A stretch of DNA of 64,000 nucleotides from Methylophilaceae bacterium. GTDB lineage: Bacteria > Pseudomonadota > Gammaproteobacteria > Burkholderiales > Methylophilaceae. Below, piece by piece: positions 44,621 to 55,209 of this stretch; within the stretch, counting starts at the first letter, position 1, and the number at the start of each line of letters is the position of its first letter. Location: contig DATHWE010000093.1 in the NCBI GenBank assembly GCA_035460905.1, positions 14,854 to 78,853 of the forward strand, read 5' to 3'. A program made the translations under genes and the position numbers. Below the pieces are notes generated by a model, which saw only the letters and a program-made list of their open reading frames with translations, searched no databases and was not told the origin of the DNA.

Positions 44621-45749
44621 GCGTGCGTCCTGTACGGTCGTTACCGTTTTTGCAGAAGGGCAACCTGGATTTCTGGATTTTTCCTATCGGGTGAGGTCGC
44701 TGGCAGCGAATTACGATGTGACTGTAATAAGCTCCTTTCCTCTGCAACACGCTGAGATCGACATCCGGGGAGTGAAGTACCGGGTGATTCCTTCTCCCGG
44801 AACCCGGCTGGGATGGCTAAGCTATTTGTGTCGTAGCGCACTCATGATCTTTCGGCAACGGCCAGGCTTTGTTGTCTTGCTGCATTCGATGGCATCGCCA
44901 GTTGCACTGGCATTGCCCGGACTAAAGACGGTTACTTACTGGAATGAGCATCCGACACATGTAGCGCCCTGTCACACCGGCATGAACCCGCTGAAAAAAC
45001 TTCAGCGGGGGTTTATACGCTGGCTGATGTTTCATGGCGCCCGCCGTTCTACCCGTGTGCTTCCGATCGGTGAGGCGCATCGGGATGATCTCCTGAAGCA
45101 CGGTTGCGATCCCCATAAAATGGAAATGATCTACATGGGTGTCGATCAGGCATTCCATAAAGCAGCACTCGAGAACACGAACCCTGATCAAGGCTTTTTG
45201 AATCTGGTGTATATCGGCTCCGTGCATCCCGAGCGCGGGAGAGATGTCATGCTCGAAGCCGTGGCACTGGCCAATACCGCGCAAAAAATTGTTCATCTCA
45301 CAATGGTAGGTGCGAGCGAGGAACAGCTTCAGTACTGTCAGGAAGCTGTAGCAAGACTCGGGATTGTCGACTCTGTGAGTTTGCATGGAAGAGTCCCCGG
45401 AAGCCGTATTCCCGAGTTTCTCAAGACTGCCGACATCGGTCTATGCCTGTGGCAAGACTTGCCATGGTATCGCTTCAATCCCCCCACCAAACTTTTCGAA
45501 TATCTGGTCGCCGGGCTGCCGGTCGCCGCCAGCAATATCCGCACGCATACGCAATATGTTCAGGATGGGGTGAATGGTTTCATTTTCGAATACGGCAGCC
45601 AGAGCCTCGCCGCCTGCATACAGAAAATTTTCGAAAATCGCCACAGATTGCCGGAATTGAAGCGCAACACTTGCGAAACGAGTAAGCCTTACCTCTGGCC
45701 TAGCATTGAACCTGCTTTTCTCGCCGCGATAAGCCGAGCGGCAGCTTGA
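44598..45749 (+). CDS. GT4 glycosyltransferase
   Basis: PTKLFEYLVAGLPV...VQDGVNG. Confidence 0.88.
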   Translation: MKIQCMHKRASCTVVTVFAEGQPGFLDFSYRVRSLAANYDVTVISSFPLQHAEIDIRGVKYRVIPSPGTRLGWLSYLCRSALMIFRQRPGFVVLLHSMASPVALALPGLKTVTYWNEHPTHVAPCHTGMNPLKKLQRGFIRWLMFHGARRSTRVLPIGEAHRDDLLKHGCDPHKMEMIYMGVDQAFHKAALENTNPDQGFLNLVYIGSVHPERGRDVMLEAVALANTAQKIVHLTMVGASEEQLQYCQEAVARLGIVDSVSLHGRVPGSRIPEFLKTADIGLCLWQDLPWYRFNPPTKLFEYLVAGLPVAASNIRTHTQYVQDGVNGFIFEYGSQSLAACIQKIFENRHRLPELKRNTCETSKPYLWPSIEPAFLAAISRAAA

Positions 45750-45750
45750 G

Positions 45751-47247
45751 ATGCTTCGGAATAGGCGCATGACCATCAATTTCGACTTCAGAGCGATTAC
45801 CGCCTGTCTGGGAATGGCCATCCTGGCTATTTTTACCGGCTTGATTGCGACAACGGCGAGCCCGGTACTGATTGCGCTTGTAGTGGGATTGATCGGAGGG
45901 TGCGCGCTTCTGCTGGCGCCTCGCATTGGCATCTGGATTCTGATTATCCTCGGACTCACATCCGGCTTTGTCGCTTCGATATACCCCACTTTAAACAAGC
46001 TTCCATGGGCGCTTACGCTCCTTAGCATGCTGATGCTGTTGCCAGCGATGCTGAAACTGAGCGATGTGAAGAAAGTACCGGTTTTTATCTGGCTGGCACT
46101 TGTTTTCATGGTTTATGCGCTGCTGGTTTCGCTGATCCAATGGCATACGCTGGCTCAGTTATTGGCTGGCTACAAGCGCTATTTTCAGATGTTCGGCCTG
46201 ATGTTCGCACTGGCGTTGCTTGCGTTCAAACCCGAAGATTACAAGGGGTGGCTTAAGCTTGTTCTGATTATCGCGCTGATGCAATTGCCATTTGCACTCT
46301 ATGAATATTTTTTCCTGGCCGGGCTGCGGGGCGGTCGTGGAGTAGGTGTCGCAGAAGCCACCGATGTCGTCGCCGGAACTTTGGGGGCGAATCTCGAGGG
46401 GGGGAGTGCAAATGCGCAAATGGCTGCTTTTCTCATCATGGCGATGGCATTTCTTGTAGCCAGATGGCGTGAGGGATTGATCAGCCGTTCCAGAGCATTC
46501 TGGTTATGCCTGGTTTGCATGCTCCCACTGGGGCTTGGGGAAACCAAAATTGTGATTCTGTTGTTGCCCCTCGTCTGGATTACCCTGATTCGGGACGATC
46601 TCAAAACCAGATTCTTCCGGTTTTTTATCCAGCTTATCGGTCTGCTGGCGGTGACATCCATCTTGGGCACGATATACCTCGGCCTCAACGACAGCGACTT
46701 CTCCGCCACTATCACTCAGATGCTGAGCTATAACATCGGGGAGCAGGGATACGGCACAAATATCCTGAATCGCAGCACGGTTCTCGAATTCTGGTGGAAC
46801 AACCAGAGCTTGAGCGATCCAGTTGGACTGCTGCTGGGGCACGGGCTTGGCAGCGCATATTTCAGTCCCGCCAATCCGGTACCGGGCCATATTGCCCTTC
46901 AATATCTCGGATATGGCATTGATATGACTTCGGCGTCTTCTTTGCTATGGGATACCGGCTTGCTGGGATTACTCCTGTTCGTCTCTATCTTTTCATTCGC
47001 CTGGCGAGCAGCGGGTAAGCTGAGGAAAGCGGCAAGGGCTGCTGAAACGCGAGCGGATGCACTTGCTTTGCAAGCTTGCCTGGGCATTCTGTCGCTGTTC
47101 GTTTTTTACGACTCAACGCTGGTCAACTACCTGCCTTTTGAAGTCATTGCCGCCCTGGTGCTCGGATACCTGGGCTATTTGGTGCGCCAATCGCATCTGG
47201 AAACTCATCTGACCAAGATTCGGGCGAGGGAAGGGCGGGCTTTATGA
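45751..47247 (+). CDS. Wzy-like polymerase / O-antigen ligase-like membrane protein
   Basis: Multi-TM with a periplasmic loop containing R and LLGHGLG, DTGLLG. Confidence 0.65.
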   Translation: MLRNRRMTINFDFRAITACLGMAILAIFTGLIATTASPVLIALVVGLIGGCALLLAPRIGIWILIILGLTSGFVASIYPTLNKLPWALTLLSMLMLLPAMLKLSDVKKVPVFIWLALVFMVYALLVSLIQWHTLAQLLAGYKRYFQMFGLMFALALLAFKPEDYKGWLKLVLIIALMQLPFALYEYFFLAGLRGGRGVGVAEATDVVAGTLGANLEGGSANAQMAAFLIMAMAFLVARWREGLISRSRAFWLCLVCMLPLGLGETKIVILLLPLVWITLIRDDLKTRFFRFFIQLIGLLAVTSILGTIYLGLNDSDFSATITQMLSYNIGEQGYGTNILNRSTVLEFWWNNQSLSDPVGLLLGHGLGSAYFSPANPVPGHIALQYLGYGIDMTSASSLLWDTGLLGLLLFVSIFSFAWRAAGKLRKAARAAETRADALALQACLGILSLFVFYDSTLVNYLPFEVIAALVLGYLGYLVRQSHLETHLTKIRAREGRAL

Positions 47248-48458
47248 AACTCTTCTACTTCGCGACCGATACCCATCCTTCCTGGCGCGTTGATCTGACG
47301 GAGCTTTTCAGCAAGGAGCTTGCAGCATTGGGCGTCCGCATAGACTGGAGCTTGCGCCGGGAAAAAAGCGGTATCTGGGAAGTGTTGCATCGCAACGGAG
47401 AACGCATCTACCTGCCGCTGGCGATTACCGGAATTCCTTTATTGACGCCGATTGTGCGGCGAGTGGGGGAACTGCTGGGTGAAATAGGACTGTTATTCAA
47501 GTTTCTGCTGGGAGAACGCTACGATGTCATTCAGGTGCGTGATGATCGTTATACGGCCGCGCTTGTTGGATGGCTTGCGGCACGCATCAGAGGCAGCAAA
47601 TTCACTTACTGGGTGTCATTCCCTTTCCCGGAAAACGATTTTGAGAAAGCCAAATTATCTCGCGGAGTCAAACAACAGCTTTTCAGAATCCGTGGCACTC
47701 TCACCAAGTGGTGGCTTTACAAGGTTGTGCTTCACAAGGCTGATCATGTGTTTGTGCAGAGCGAGCGCATGCGGATGGATATCGCCGCTTTTGGCGTGGA
47801 CCTGGCCAAAATGACGGCCGTACCCATGGGCGTGCCTCCGCGCCTGATTGAATGGCGCAAGACAGCGCAATCCGAAATAGATGCCAACAGCGTGGTCTAC
47901 CTCGGCTCCCTGGCCAGGTCAAGGCGTCTGGAGATGATCCTCACTGCATATTCCATCGTTTTAAAGCAATGCCCGAATGCCAGGTTGTACATGGTAGGTA
48001 GGGGCGATACCGTAAGCGACCATCATTTTCTTGAGGATGAGTGCAGACGCATCGGGGTTGAGGAGGGGGTGCGGTTCACCGGCTTTGTTCCAATGGAACA
48101 GGCCTGGGAAATGGCATCAAAAGCCGCCGTTTGTTTGAGCCCGATCATGCCTATCCCCATATTCATGGTGGCCTCCCCGACAAAGCTCTATGAATACCTC
48201 GCCTTGGGGCGCCCGGTGGTTGCGAATGAACAACCCGAGCAGTCTGCAACACTTGCAGAGAGTGGGGCCGGATTAAGTGTTGCCTGGAGTGCCGAGGATT
48301 TTGCAGCAGCGATCATCCACTTGCTTAAACATCCTGCAGAGGCGGAAGAAATGGGAAGGAAGGGGCCGGCCTGGGTCGATGGAAACTGCAGTTATGACAG
48401 GATTGCCGCTGGAGTCTACCAGCAATATCAATCTGTTTTGAGTGGAGCCAAACCTTGA
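47244..48458 (+). CDS. GT4 glycosyltransferase
   Basis: SPTKLYEYLALGRPVV. Confidence 0.88.
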   Translation: MKLFYFATDTHPSWRVDLTELFSKELAALGVRIDWSLRREKSGIWEVLHRNGERIYLPLAITGIPLLTPIVRRVGELLGEIGLLFKFLLGERYDVIQVRDDRYTAALVGWLAARIRGSKFTYWVSFPFPENDFEKAKLSRGVKQQLFRIRGTLTKWWLYKVVLHKADHVFVQSERMRMDIAAFGVDLAKMTAVPMGVPPRLIEWRKTAQSEIDANSVVYLGSLARSRRLEMILTAYSIVLKQCPNARLYMVGRGDTVSDHHFLEDECRRIGVEEGVRFTGFVPMEQAWEMASKAAVCLSPIMPIPIFMVASPTKLYEYLALGRPVVANEQPEQSATLAESGAGLSVAWSAEDFAAAIIHLLKHPAEAEEMGRKGPAWVDGNCSYDRIAAGVYQQYQSVLSGAKP

Positions 48459-48487
48459 TATTCCGGTATTTTCTGCTGCATAGGCGC

Positions 48488-50032
48488 ATGCGTTGCGCCA
48501 TACAACTGTTCGCGCTGACATCACTGGCTATGTTGGCGGGCTGCAAACCGACAGAAGCAGCCGCCGGCGCATACTGCCAAGATAGATTTACCGTCTCGCT
48601 TGCGGATCGAAATGTGTTGAGCGTACCCGAGGGGCATCCGGTTGCTCGCCCTCTCAGCCCGGTATTTTTCGGCTTTAATATGGAGTGGGTGGATTTTCAG
48701 CAAGACCTGTGGGATGCAAGCAAACAATCCGTCAAACCGGAAGTGATTGCCTGGCTCAAGCCCTTCAGTGGCACACCTTATCGATACCCGGGCGGCACCG
48801 GCTCAAATTATCTGGATTGGAAGGAAACGGTGGGGCCGTTAGACGAGCGACCCATGAGAACGCATGCGGACTGGCTGCCGCCGTTCTCCCCCCAATTCGG
48901 GTTTGACGAGTATCTGAATTTCGTTAAAACGGTGGATGGCAAGGCATGGATCGTGCTGAATCTTTATGGGGACTATAGCGGCGAGGGCGACAAAGCGCTG
49001 CTAGTGGAGCGTGCGGCGGAATGGGCAGCTTACGCGGACAAGGCACGCGAGGCGGGGGCACTCCCTATCCTGCGATGGGAACTCGGCAATGAACTGGATC
49101 GCGGCAGAATCAAGTGGCCGCCGGAAAAATACGCCGATATCGCCAGATCGGTTGCTCGAGCGGTAAAGCAAGCTACGCCGGACGCCGAGTTGGTCGGAAT
49201 GCTTCAGGATTGGCCGGCGCAGTCATCTTATAGCATGGACAAATACAACCAGATTGTCATGAGCGGGCTCAAAACAGTCGCTCAAGATTTCGCGCATCAT
49301 TTTTATTATGAAGGGTTGACGTGGGAAACCGTCGGGCAGCGGATGGAGCAGGCCTGCAGCACTGTCGAATCCGCAAGGCTGAGCAACAATAAATTCCAGA
49401 AACTCTGGATTACCGAGCACGGAAGAAACCTTCCCGAAAGCGAAACAATAGAGGAACGTAATCGCAATTGGCGGAAAACCGTCAATCTCGAGGCAGCGCT
49501 GATTATCGCCGAGGCATACATCGCTGCGACCAAGCTCCCGGAAATTGAATCTTTGTTCCTACACTCACTGGGAACGGCTCACGGGCCATGGCCGCTTTTT
49601 CATGGCGAAAATGATGGCGGCCTTCATCCCAGTGCGGTCTACTGGGCGCTCAGGATTCTGCGGGACAGCATGCTGCCTGAAGTCCTCGTCAGCAACATGC
49701 AAAGCAGGGACGACGAGAAGAGCCTTGGCGGGCATGATATCAGGGCCACCGTCATGACCAATGAATCACGCGATAGCTACGCGGTATGGGCAATCAATCG
49801 ATTTGGCGAGACTTCCTCACTGAAACTGAGCCTTCCGGGTTTGAAGGGAGCGAAGGTCATGTCTCGGCAGGTCTTTATCGGCGATGCAAACAAGGAAGCC
49901 AATAATTACGCGTCAGCGGATCGCATCCAACCGCAACAGATGGAAAAAACGATGGAGTTCGATGCCGAGGGAACGGCAGTCATCGACTTGCCCGCTTATT
50001 CGGTATCGGCAATCACGTTTCACGTTGAATGA
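48488..50032 (+). CDS. Clan GH-A glycoside hydrolase lipoprotein (GH51/GH79-like)
   Basis: Lipobox LAGC; YRYPGG; WELGNE (acid/base); WITE (nucleophile); C-terminal LPAYSVS beta-sandwich. Confidence 0.75.
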   Translation: MRCAIQLFALTSLAMLAGCKPTEAAAGAYCQDRFTVSLADRNVLSVPEGHPVARPLSPVFFGFNMEWVDFQQDLWDASKQSVKPEVIAWLKPFSGTPYRYPGGTGSNYLDWKETVGPLDERPMRTHADWLPPFSPQFGFDEYLNFVKTVDGKAWIVLNLYGDYSGEGDKALLVERAAEWAAYADKAREAGALPILRWELGNELDRGRIKWPPEKYADIARSVARAVKQATPDAELVGMLQDWPAQSSYSMDKYNQIVMSGLKTVAQDFAHHFYYEGLTWETVGQRMEQACSTVESARLSNNKFQKLWITEHGRNLPESETIEERNRNWRKTVNLEAALIIAEAYIAATKLPEIESLFLHSLGTAHGPWPLFHGENDGGLHPSAVYWALRILRDSMLPEVLVSNMQSRDDEKSLGGHDIRATVMTNESRDSYAVWAINRFGETSSLKLSLPGLKGAKVMSRQVFIGDANKEANNYASADRIQPQQMEKTMEFDAEGTAVIDLPAYSVSAITFHVE

Positions 50033-50052
50033 ATCGGCTCGGTAATGGCGAC

Positions 50053-51246
50053 ATGAAAATTGCATTGGTTAACCTGATTACCCGGACACCGACCAGGCGT
50101 GTGGTGCCTGAGATCGGCTCCAATGCGGAGGCGATGATCGTGAAGCTGGCGCTCGAGTTCAAGTCGCAAGGGCACGACGTGGTGCTGTATGTATCGGACT
50201 TGTACCAGCCCGGCAACGAAGAGGATCTCGGCATCCGGATCGTTTATCTCAAAACCTTGCTGTCAGGATTTCCGGAAATTCCGCTGGTGCCTGGATTGAT
50301 CGCGCAATTGAGAAATCGTTATGACTTTGTGGTCACATCCGAAGCGTTCCAGTGGGCGACGATATTTGCTGTGATTGCCCGCCTGACTTCATGGAAACGC
50401 AAACCCAGAATATATGTGTGGCAGGAATTGTCGGTGCACCAACGCGTACTGAAAAAGCTGCCTTCCATGATTTTTCACCAGCTTGTCTTGAGATTTTGCC
50501 TGGATTGGCAGATCGCCAAATACATCCCGCGCGGTCTGCGCGCCAGGAAATTTCTGATGGCCCAAGGGATACGTGAAGACAAGTTTGCCGAATGCATCCC
50601 CCACGGCGTAGACCAGCGCGTGTTTTTCCATGAGACAAGCCTGCCCCGGCGCCCCTATGTTCTGACCCCGGCACGCCTGGTGCAGGACAAGGGGATCGAC
50701 ACCGTGCTTGAAGCCTTTCGGATTGTCCGTAATGCGGGGGTCGATATCGACTTGCTCATTCAGGGCGATGGGCCTGAAGCCGCAAGGTATGAGTCATTGG
50801 CCGGCGAGCTGGGGCTGGGCGGGCATGTTCACTTCAACAAGCAGCGAGCGCGCCACGATGAGATGCGCAGGCTGTATTCGAACGCATCCCTGACCGTCAT
50901 CGCGTCGCGCAGGGATTTCATGCTGTTCTCCGTCATGGAAAGCCTGGCATGCGAAACCCCCGCGCTCATTTCCGATGCCATCGACATTGCCGAGGAAATT
51001 CTGGAACACGGCGGCGGCGAGGTCTTTACTTGCGACGATCATGCCATGCTGGCATCCCGAATGATCGAGTTTTTCAAGAACGAGGCGATTGCTTTTTCCA
51101 TGAAGGAAAGCGCTGTTCGGGTTTCCTCGCGCTATATCAACAAAACGATTGCTCAGAAATTTATCGCGTTGTTTCAGCGTGATGGATGGGGATCAACGCC
51201 TATCGGGCTTTCAAATACGAATAGCTCGATAAGAGATTTGCGATGA
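50053..51246 (+). CDS. GT4 glycosyltransferase
   Basis: IPHGVD, ARLVQDKG, SVMESLACETP. Confidence 0.85.
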   Translation: MKIALVNLITRTPTRRVVPEIGSNAEAMIVKLALEFKSQGHDVVLYVSDLYQPGNEEDLGIRIVYLKTLLSGFPEIPLVPGLIAQLRNRYDFVVTSEAFQWATIFAVIARLTSWKRKPRIYVWQELSVHQRVLKKLPSMIFHQLVLRFCLDWQIAKYIPRGLRARKFLMAQGIREDKFAECIPHGVDQRVFFHETSLPRRPYVLTPARLVQDKGIDTVLEAFRIVRNAGVDIDLLIQGDGPEAARYESLAGELGLGGHVHFNKQRARHDEMRRLYSNASLTVIASRRDFMLFSVMESLACETPALISDAIDIAEEILEHGGGEVFTCDDHAMLASRMIEFFKNEAIAFSMKESAVRVSSRYINKTIAQKFIALFQRDGWGSTPIGLSNTNSSIRDLR

Positions 51247-52454
51247 AGATACTACAGGCCAACAAGTTCTTTTTCCGCAACGGAGGCTCCGAAACCGTCA
51301 TGTTTCAGGAGCGCGATTTTCTGTTGCATGGCGGGCATGAGGTGGTGGAATTCGCGATGCAGGATGAGCGCAATCTGCAAAGCGCCCATGCGGATTATTT
51401 TGTTGGTAACCGCAGTTATGCCGGTCAAGGGGCAGGGAATATCGTCAAGGCGAGTGATGCACTATCGTTTGTTCACTCCCCTGAAGCCGTCAGGAACATC
51501 GGCCGGCTCATCGACGACACCCGGCCCGACCTGGTGCACTGCCACAATATCTATCATCAGTTGACCCCTTCGATCATAGGCGCGGCGAAAAGGCGGGGAG
51601 TCCCTGTAGTGTTGACGTTGCATGACTACAAGCCCGTTTGCCCGATTTATAACCGGTTGCGAGCGAGCGGGCCTTGCTCGGATTGCCTGGATGGCGATTT
51701 TTCGCATGTGTTGCGCAACCGGTGCGCAGATGGATCATTGGGCAAAAGCGCTTTGCTTTATGCCGAGGCCGCGGTGCAGCGGTTCATGGGCAATTATGAA
51801 AAAGTCGATGCGTTCATCGCGCCATGCCGTTTCATGCAGGAATCCATTACCCATCGCGTGCCTGCCGAACGCACCAAGCTGCTTTACAACGGCATCGATA
51901 CCCAGTCGGTGCAGGACAGTGGGCAGGATGATGGATATGTATTGTTCATCGGTCGCCTCGTGCCCGAGAAGGGCGTTGAGACGCTGCTGCAGGCGCATGC
52001 AAAATCCAGCGCGGGCTGGCGGCTGGTGGTGGCTGGTACCGGACCATTAGGTGACGTCTTAAAAGCGCAATATAGTCCGAGTAGCTTTGTCGGGCATCTT
52101 GCTGGCGATGCATTGAAAGAGATGATTGATCGAGCTTCAGTGATTGTCGTGCCATCGGAATGGTATGAGAACTGCCCGATGTCCGTGCTCGAAGCCATGG
52201 CTTACGGCAAGCCCGTTGTGGGTAGCCGGATGGGCGGTATTCCGGAATTGGTCGAGGATGGCAAAACAGGGCTGTTGTTCGATAGCGGCAATATCGAGCA
52301 ATTGATCGCTGCGCTTGATCGTTTGATGGCTTCCGCCGAACTTAGAAAGAAGATGGGCCAGGCTGCACGGAAGCGCGTGGAATCGCAATTTTCTCTTGAT
52401 TCGCATAACGCCGGATTAATGGACATTTACCAATCTGTTTTAGGAACCCGATGA
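51243..52454 (+). CDS. GT4 glycosyltransferase
   Basis: GGSE, TLHDY, GRLVPEKG, PSEWYENCPMSVLEAMAYGKP. Confidence 0.92.
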   Translation: MKILQANKFFFRNGGSETVMFQERDFLLHGGHEVVEFAMQDERNLQSAHADYFVGNRSYAGQGAGNIVKASDALSFVHSPEAVRNIGRLIDDTRPDLVHCHNIYHQLTPSIIGAAKRRGVPVVLTLHDYKPVCPIYNRLRASGPCSDCLDGDFSHVLRNRCADGSLGKSALLYAEAAVQRFMGNYEKVDAFIAPCRFMQESITHRVPAERTKLLYNGIDTQSVQDSGQDDGYVLFIGRLVPEKGVETLLQAHAKSSAGWRLVVAGTGPLGDVLKAQYSPSSFVGHLAGDALKEMIDRASVIVVPSEWYENCPMSVLEAMAYGKPVVGSRMGGIPELVEDGKTGLLFDSGNIEQLIAALDRLMASAELRKKMGQAARKRVESQFSLDSHNAGLMDIYQSVLGTR

Positions 52455-53605
52455 TGGCGGCCTCATACCCGACCGACGTTTCAATTATTACGACATACCG
52501 CTGCCAGATGCGCTGCAAGATGTGCGATATCTGGGAAAATCCGACGGACAAGAAACGCGAAATATCGGCCAAGGACTTGGAAATCCTGCCCAGTTTCAAA
52601 TTCGTGAACATTACCGGCGGCGAGCCGTTCGTCAGGCGTGACCTGGAAGATATCGTCGAGGTGATGTACAAGAAATCCGAGCGCATCGTGATCTCTACCT
52701 CGGGCTGGCATACCGACCGCATCATCAAGATGGCCGAACGTTTTCCGAATATCGGTATCCGGGTCAGTATCGAGGGCTTATCGGAAAAAAACGACGATTT
52801 GCGCGGGCGTGACGGAAGCTTCGACCGGGCGTTGCGCCTGCTGTTGTCGCTGAAGGAAATGGGTATCAAGGATATCGGCTACGGTTGCACGGTATCCAAC
52901 AAGAACTCGGATGATATGTTGTGGCTGTACAAGCTTTCGCGTGAGCTTGGGATGGAGTTCGCGACGGCCGCGTTCCATAACTCCTACTACTTTCACAAAG
53001 ACGATAACGAGATTACCAACAAGGACGAGGTGATCGGCAATTTCCATCAGCTGATCGAAGAGCTACTCAAGGAAAATAGTCCGAAGAGCTGGTATCGCGC
53101 CTTTTTCAATCTCGGCTTGATCAACTATATCCGCGGCAATCCGCGCATGTTGCCGTGCGAGGCCGGGACTGCCAATTTCTTCATCGAGCCTTATGGCGAC
53201 GTCTATCCTTGCAATGGGCTGGAGGAGCGCTATTGGAAGGAATCCATGGGCAATATCCGGGATGTGGCCAATTTCGAAGAGCTCTGGTTCAGCGAACAGG
53301 CGGAAAAGGTACGCGGACTGGTGCGTACCTGCCCCAAGAACTGCTGGATGGTGGGAACCGCCGCGCCCGTGATGAAAAAATATATCAAGCACCCGACTGC
53401 CTGGGTAGCCAGGAACAAACTCAAGTCCTTGCTGGGTAAGCCGATCTGCATCGATAACGTACCTAGTTTCAATGTGGGGCAAGATCCTTTGCAAGGTGAC
53501 TTGCGAGAGGGTGCAATGCCTGCGCAGAAGGTGACGTTCCACAGGCGCGAACCGGAAGTCGTGTTGTCGGAGCTGGAGCTGGCCGACATGCTGCGTACCG
53601 ATTAA
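52451..53605 (+). CDS. Radical SAM/SPASM-domain protein
   Basis: CQMRCKMC (CxxxCxxC), TGGEP, CEAG...GDVYPC...CPKNC. Confidence 0.92.
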   Translation: MMAASYPTDVSIITTYRCQMRCKMCDIWENPTDKKREISAKDLEILPSFKFVNITGGEPFVRRDLEDIVEVMYKKSERIVISTSGWHTDRIIKMAERFPNIGIRVSIEGLSEKNDDLRGRDGSFDRALRLLLSLKEMGIKDIGYGCTVSNKNSDDMLWLYKLSRELGMEFATAAFHNSYYFHKDDNEITNKDEVIGNFHQLIEELLKENSPKSWYRAFFNLGLINYIRGNPRMLPCEAGTANFFIEPYGDVYPCNGLEERYWKESMGNIRDVANFEELWFSEQAEKVRGLVRTCPKNCWMVGTAAPVMKKYIKHPTAWVARNKLKSLLGKPICIDNVPSFNVGQDPLQGDLREGAMPAQKVTFHRREPEVVLSELELADMLRTD

Positions 53606-53618
53606 TCCGTAATCCTAT

Positions 53619-53664
53619 TGGCCTGTGGTGCTTACGGTGCACCACAGGCCATTTCTTATTTTTT
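53619..53664 (+). terminator. Rho-independent terminator
   Basis: TGGCCTGTGGTGC-7nt-GCACCACAGGCCA followed by TTTCTTATTTTTT. Confidence 0.8.
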
Positions 53665-54015
53665 CTGCCTAGTAGAGAGCTGTCACCAGATCAGGCTGGT
53701 GCGCGAAACTGTATGCGCTTTTACCTGGTAAACGGCTCATGGCCGCATCCTCCCCCCTGTCAACTGAATGAAACATATTCCCTCTAGGATTCCCGACCAC
53801 TCATAGACATCTGATTTGGGATGCGTTGAGCCTTCAATCTCGCCGTTCATCGATAACAAGCCTCGGCTGGCAAAGATCAAAAAATAGCCGGCAGGGTATA
53901 AAAACTGCCAAGAGCTGAAGCGCAAGCTGATGCCAGGCGAGAGATTGAAGTAGGTCGGACAAGTGCGGCAAACAGCACTTTCCGGGTTCTGCAAGCTTGA
54001 ATCTCGGGGTTGAAT

Positions 54016-55197
54016 ATGGACAAGCAACCGCCCTTGCGGGTGATGATGCTCGGTTTGCGCGGGTTTCCCGACGTACAGGGAGGCATAGAAAAACATGCCG
54101 AGAACCTTTGCCCGCTATTGGCAGGCATGGGGTGCGACGTCGAAGTAATCGTGCGCTCTCCCTACCAATCGCATGCAACCGGCGAGGTGTGGAAGGGCGT
54201 TAGATTCCGACCGATATGGTCGCCCAGATCACAAAAGCTGGAGACCTTCGTTCACAGCTTTCTCGGCGTGGTCTACGCAGCCATTCGCCGCCCTGACATC
54301 CTCCACATCCAGGCCATCGGGCCGGCACTGATGACGCCTCTGGCACGGTTGTTGGGCTTGCGCGTGATCGTCACGCATCACGGCCCGGATTACGACAGGC
54401 AGAAGTGGGGTAGGCTGGCCCGTTTTGTCCTCCGCATGGGCGAGCATGTCGGCATGCGTTATTCCAACAAGCGTGTCGCGATTTCCAATGTCATCCTGAA
54501 GCTGGTGCAGGCCAAGCATCGCGTTGCATGCGCGCTGATTCCCAACGGGGTCGTGCCGCCATTGCTGCCCGAAACGCGTGGCGTGCTTGAAGAGTTCGGG
54601 CTGGAGCGCGGCCGCTACGTGCTCATGGTCGGCCGGTTGGTGCAGGAAAAACGCCATCTGGACCTGATCGACGCGTTTGCCCGGGCCGGTATTCCGGGAT
54701 GGAAACTGGTGCTGGTCGGGGCTGCAGATCACTCCAACGAATATACCGAATTGCTGCATCGCACGGCGCAAGCCACTTCCGGCGTGGTGATGACCGGCTT
54801 TCAAACTGGTGTGGCCTTGCAAGAGCTCTACGCCCACGCTGGCTTCTTCGTGCTTCCTTCCTCCCATGAGGGATTGCCCATCGCCTTGCTGGAAGCCTTG
54901 AGCTACGGTTTACCCGTTATTGCCAGCAACATTCCCGCCAATCTCGAAGTCGCGCTCGCCCATCGGCATTACTTTCCTCTGGGCAATATCGAGGCCCTGG
55001 CGTCAGCCCTGCGCGAATTCTCGCAGCAACCATGCGATGAGGCGGCACGCGCGCTCGTCCGCGAATCGGTCAGCCGCAAGTACGACTGGAAAGCCGTCGC
55101 GGTGATGACGATGCAGGTTTATCAGGATGCGATCGCCGTACAGCCCGACCTCGAGCTTGAAACCGACGAGGCAGATTTCGCCCATGTTTCCGAATAG
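54016..55197 (+). CDS. GT4 glycosyltransferase
   Basis: LGLRGFPDVQGGIEKH, THHGPDY, PSSHEGLPIALLEALSYGLP. Confidence 0.92.
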   Translation: MDKQPPLRVMMLGLRGFPDVQGGIEKHAENLCPLLAGMGCDVEVIVRSPYQSHATGEVWKGVRFRPIWSPRSQKLETFVHSFLGVVYAAIRRPDILHIQAIGPALMTPLARLLGLRVIVTHHGPDYDRQKWGRLARFVLRMGEHVGMRYSNKRVAISNVILKLVQAKHRVACALIPNGVVPPLLPETRGVLEEFGLERGRYVLMVGRLVQEKRHLDLIDAFARAGIPGWKLVLVGAADHSNEYTELLHRTAQATSGVVMTGFQTGVALQELYAHAGFFVLPSSHEGLPIALLEALSYGLPVIASNIPANLEVALAHRHYFPLGNIEALASALREFSQQPCDEAARALVRESVSRKYDWKAVAVMTMQVYQDAIAVQPDLELETDEADFAHVSE

Positions 55198-55209
55198 CAG
55201 GACTCTTTT

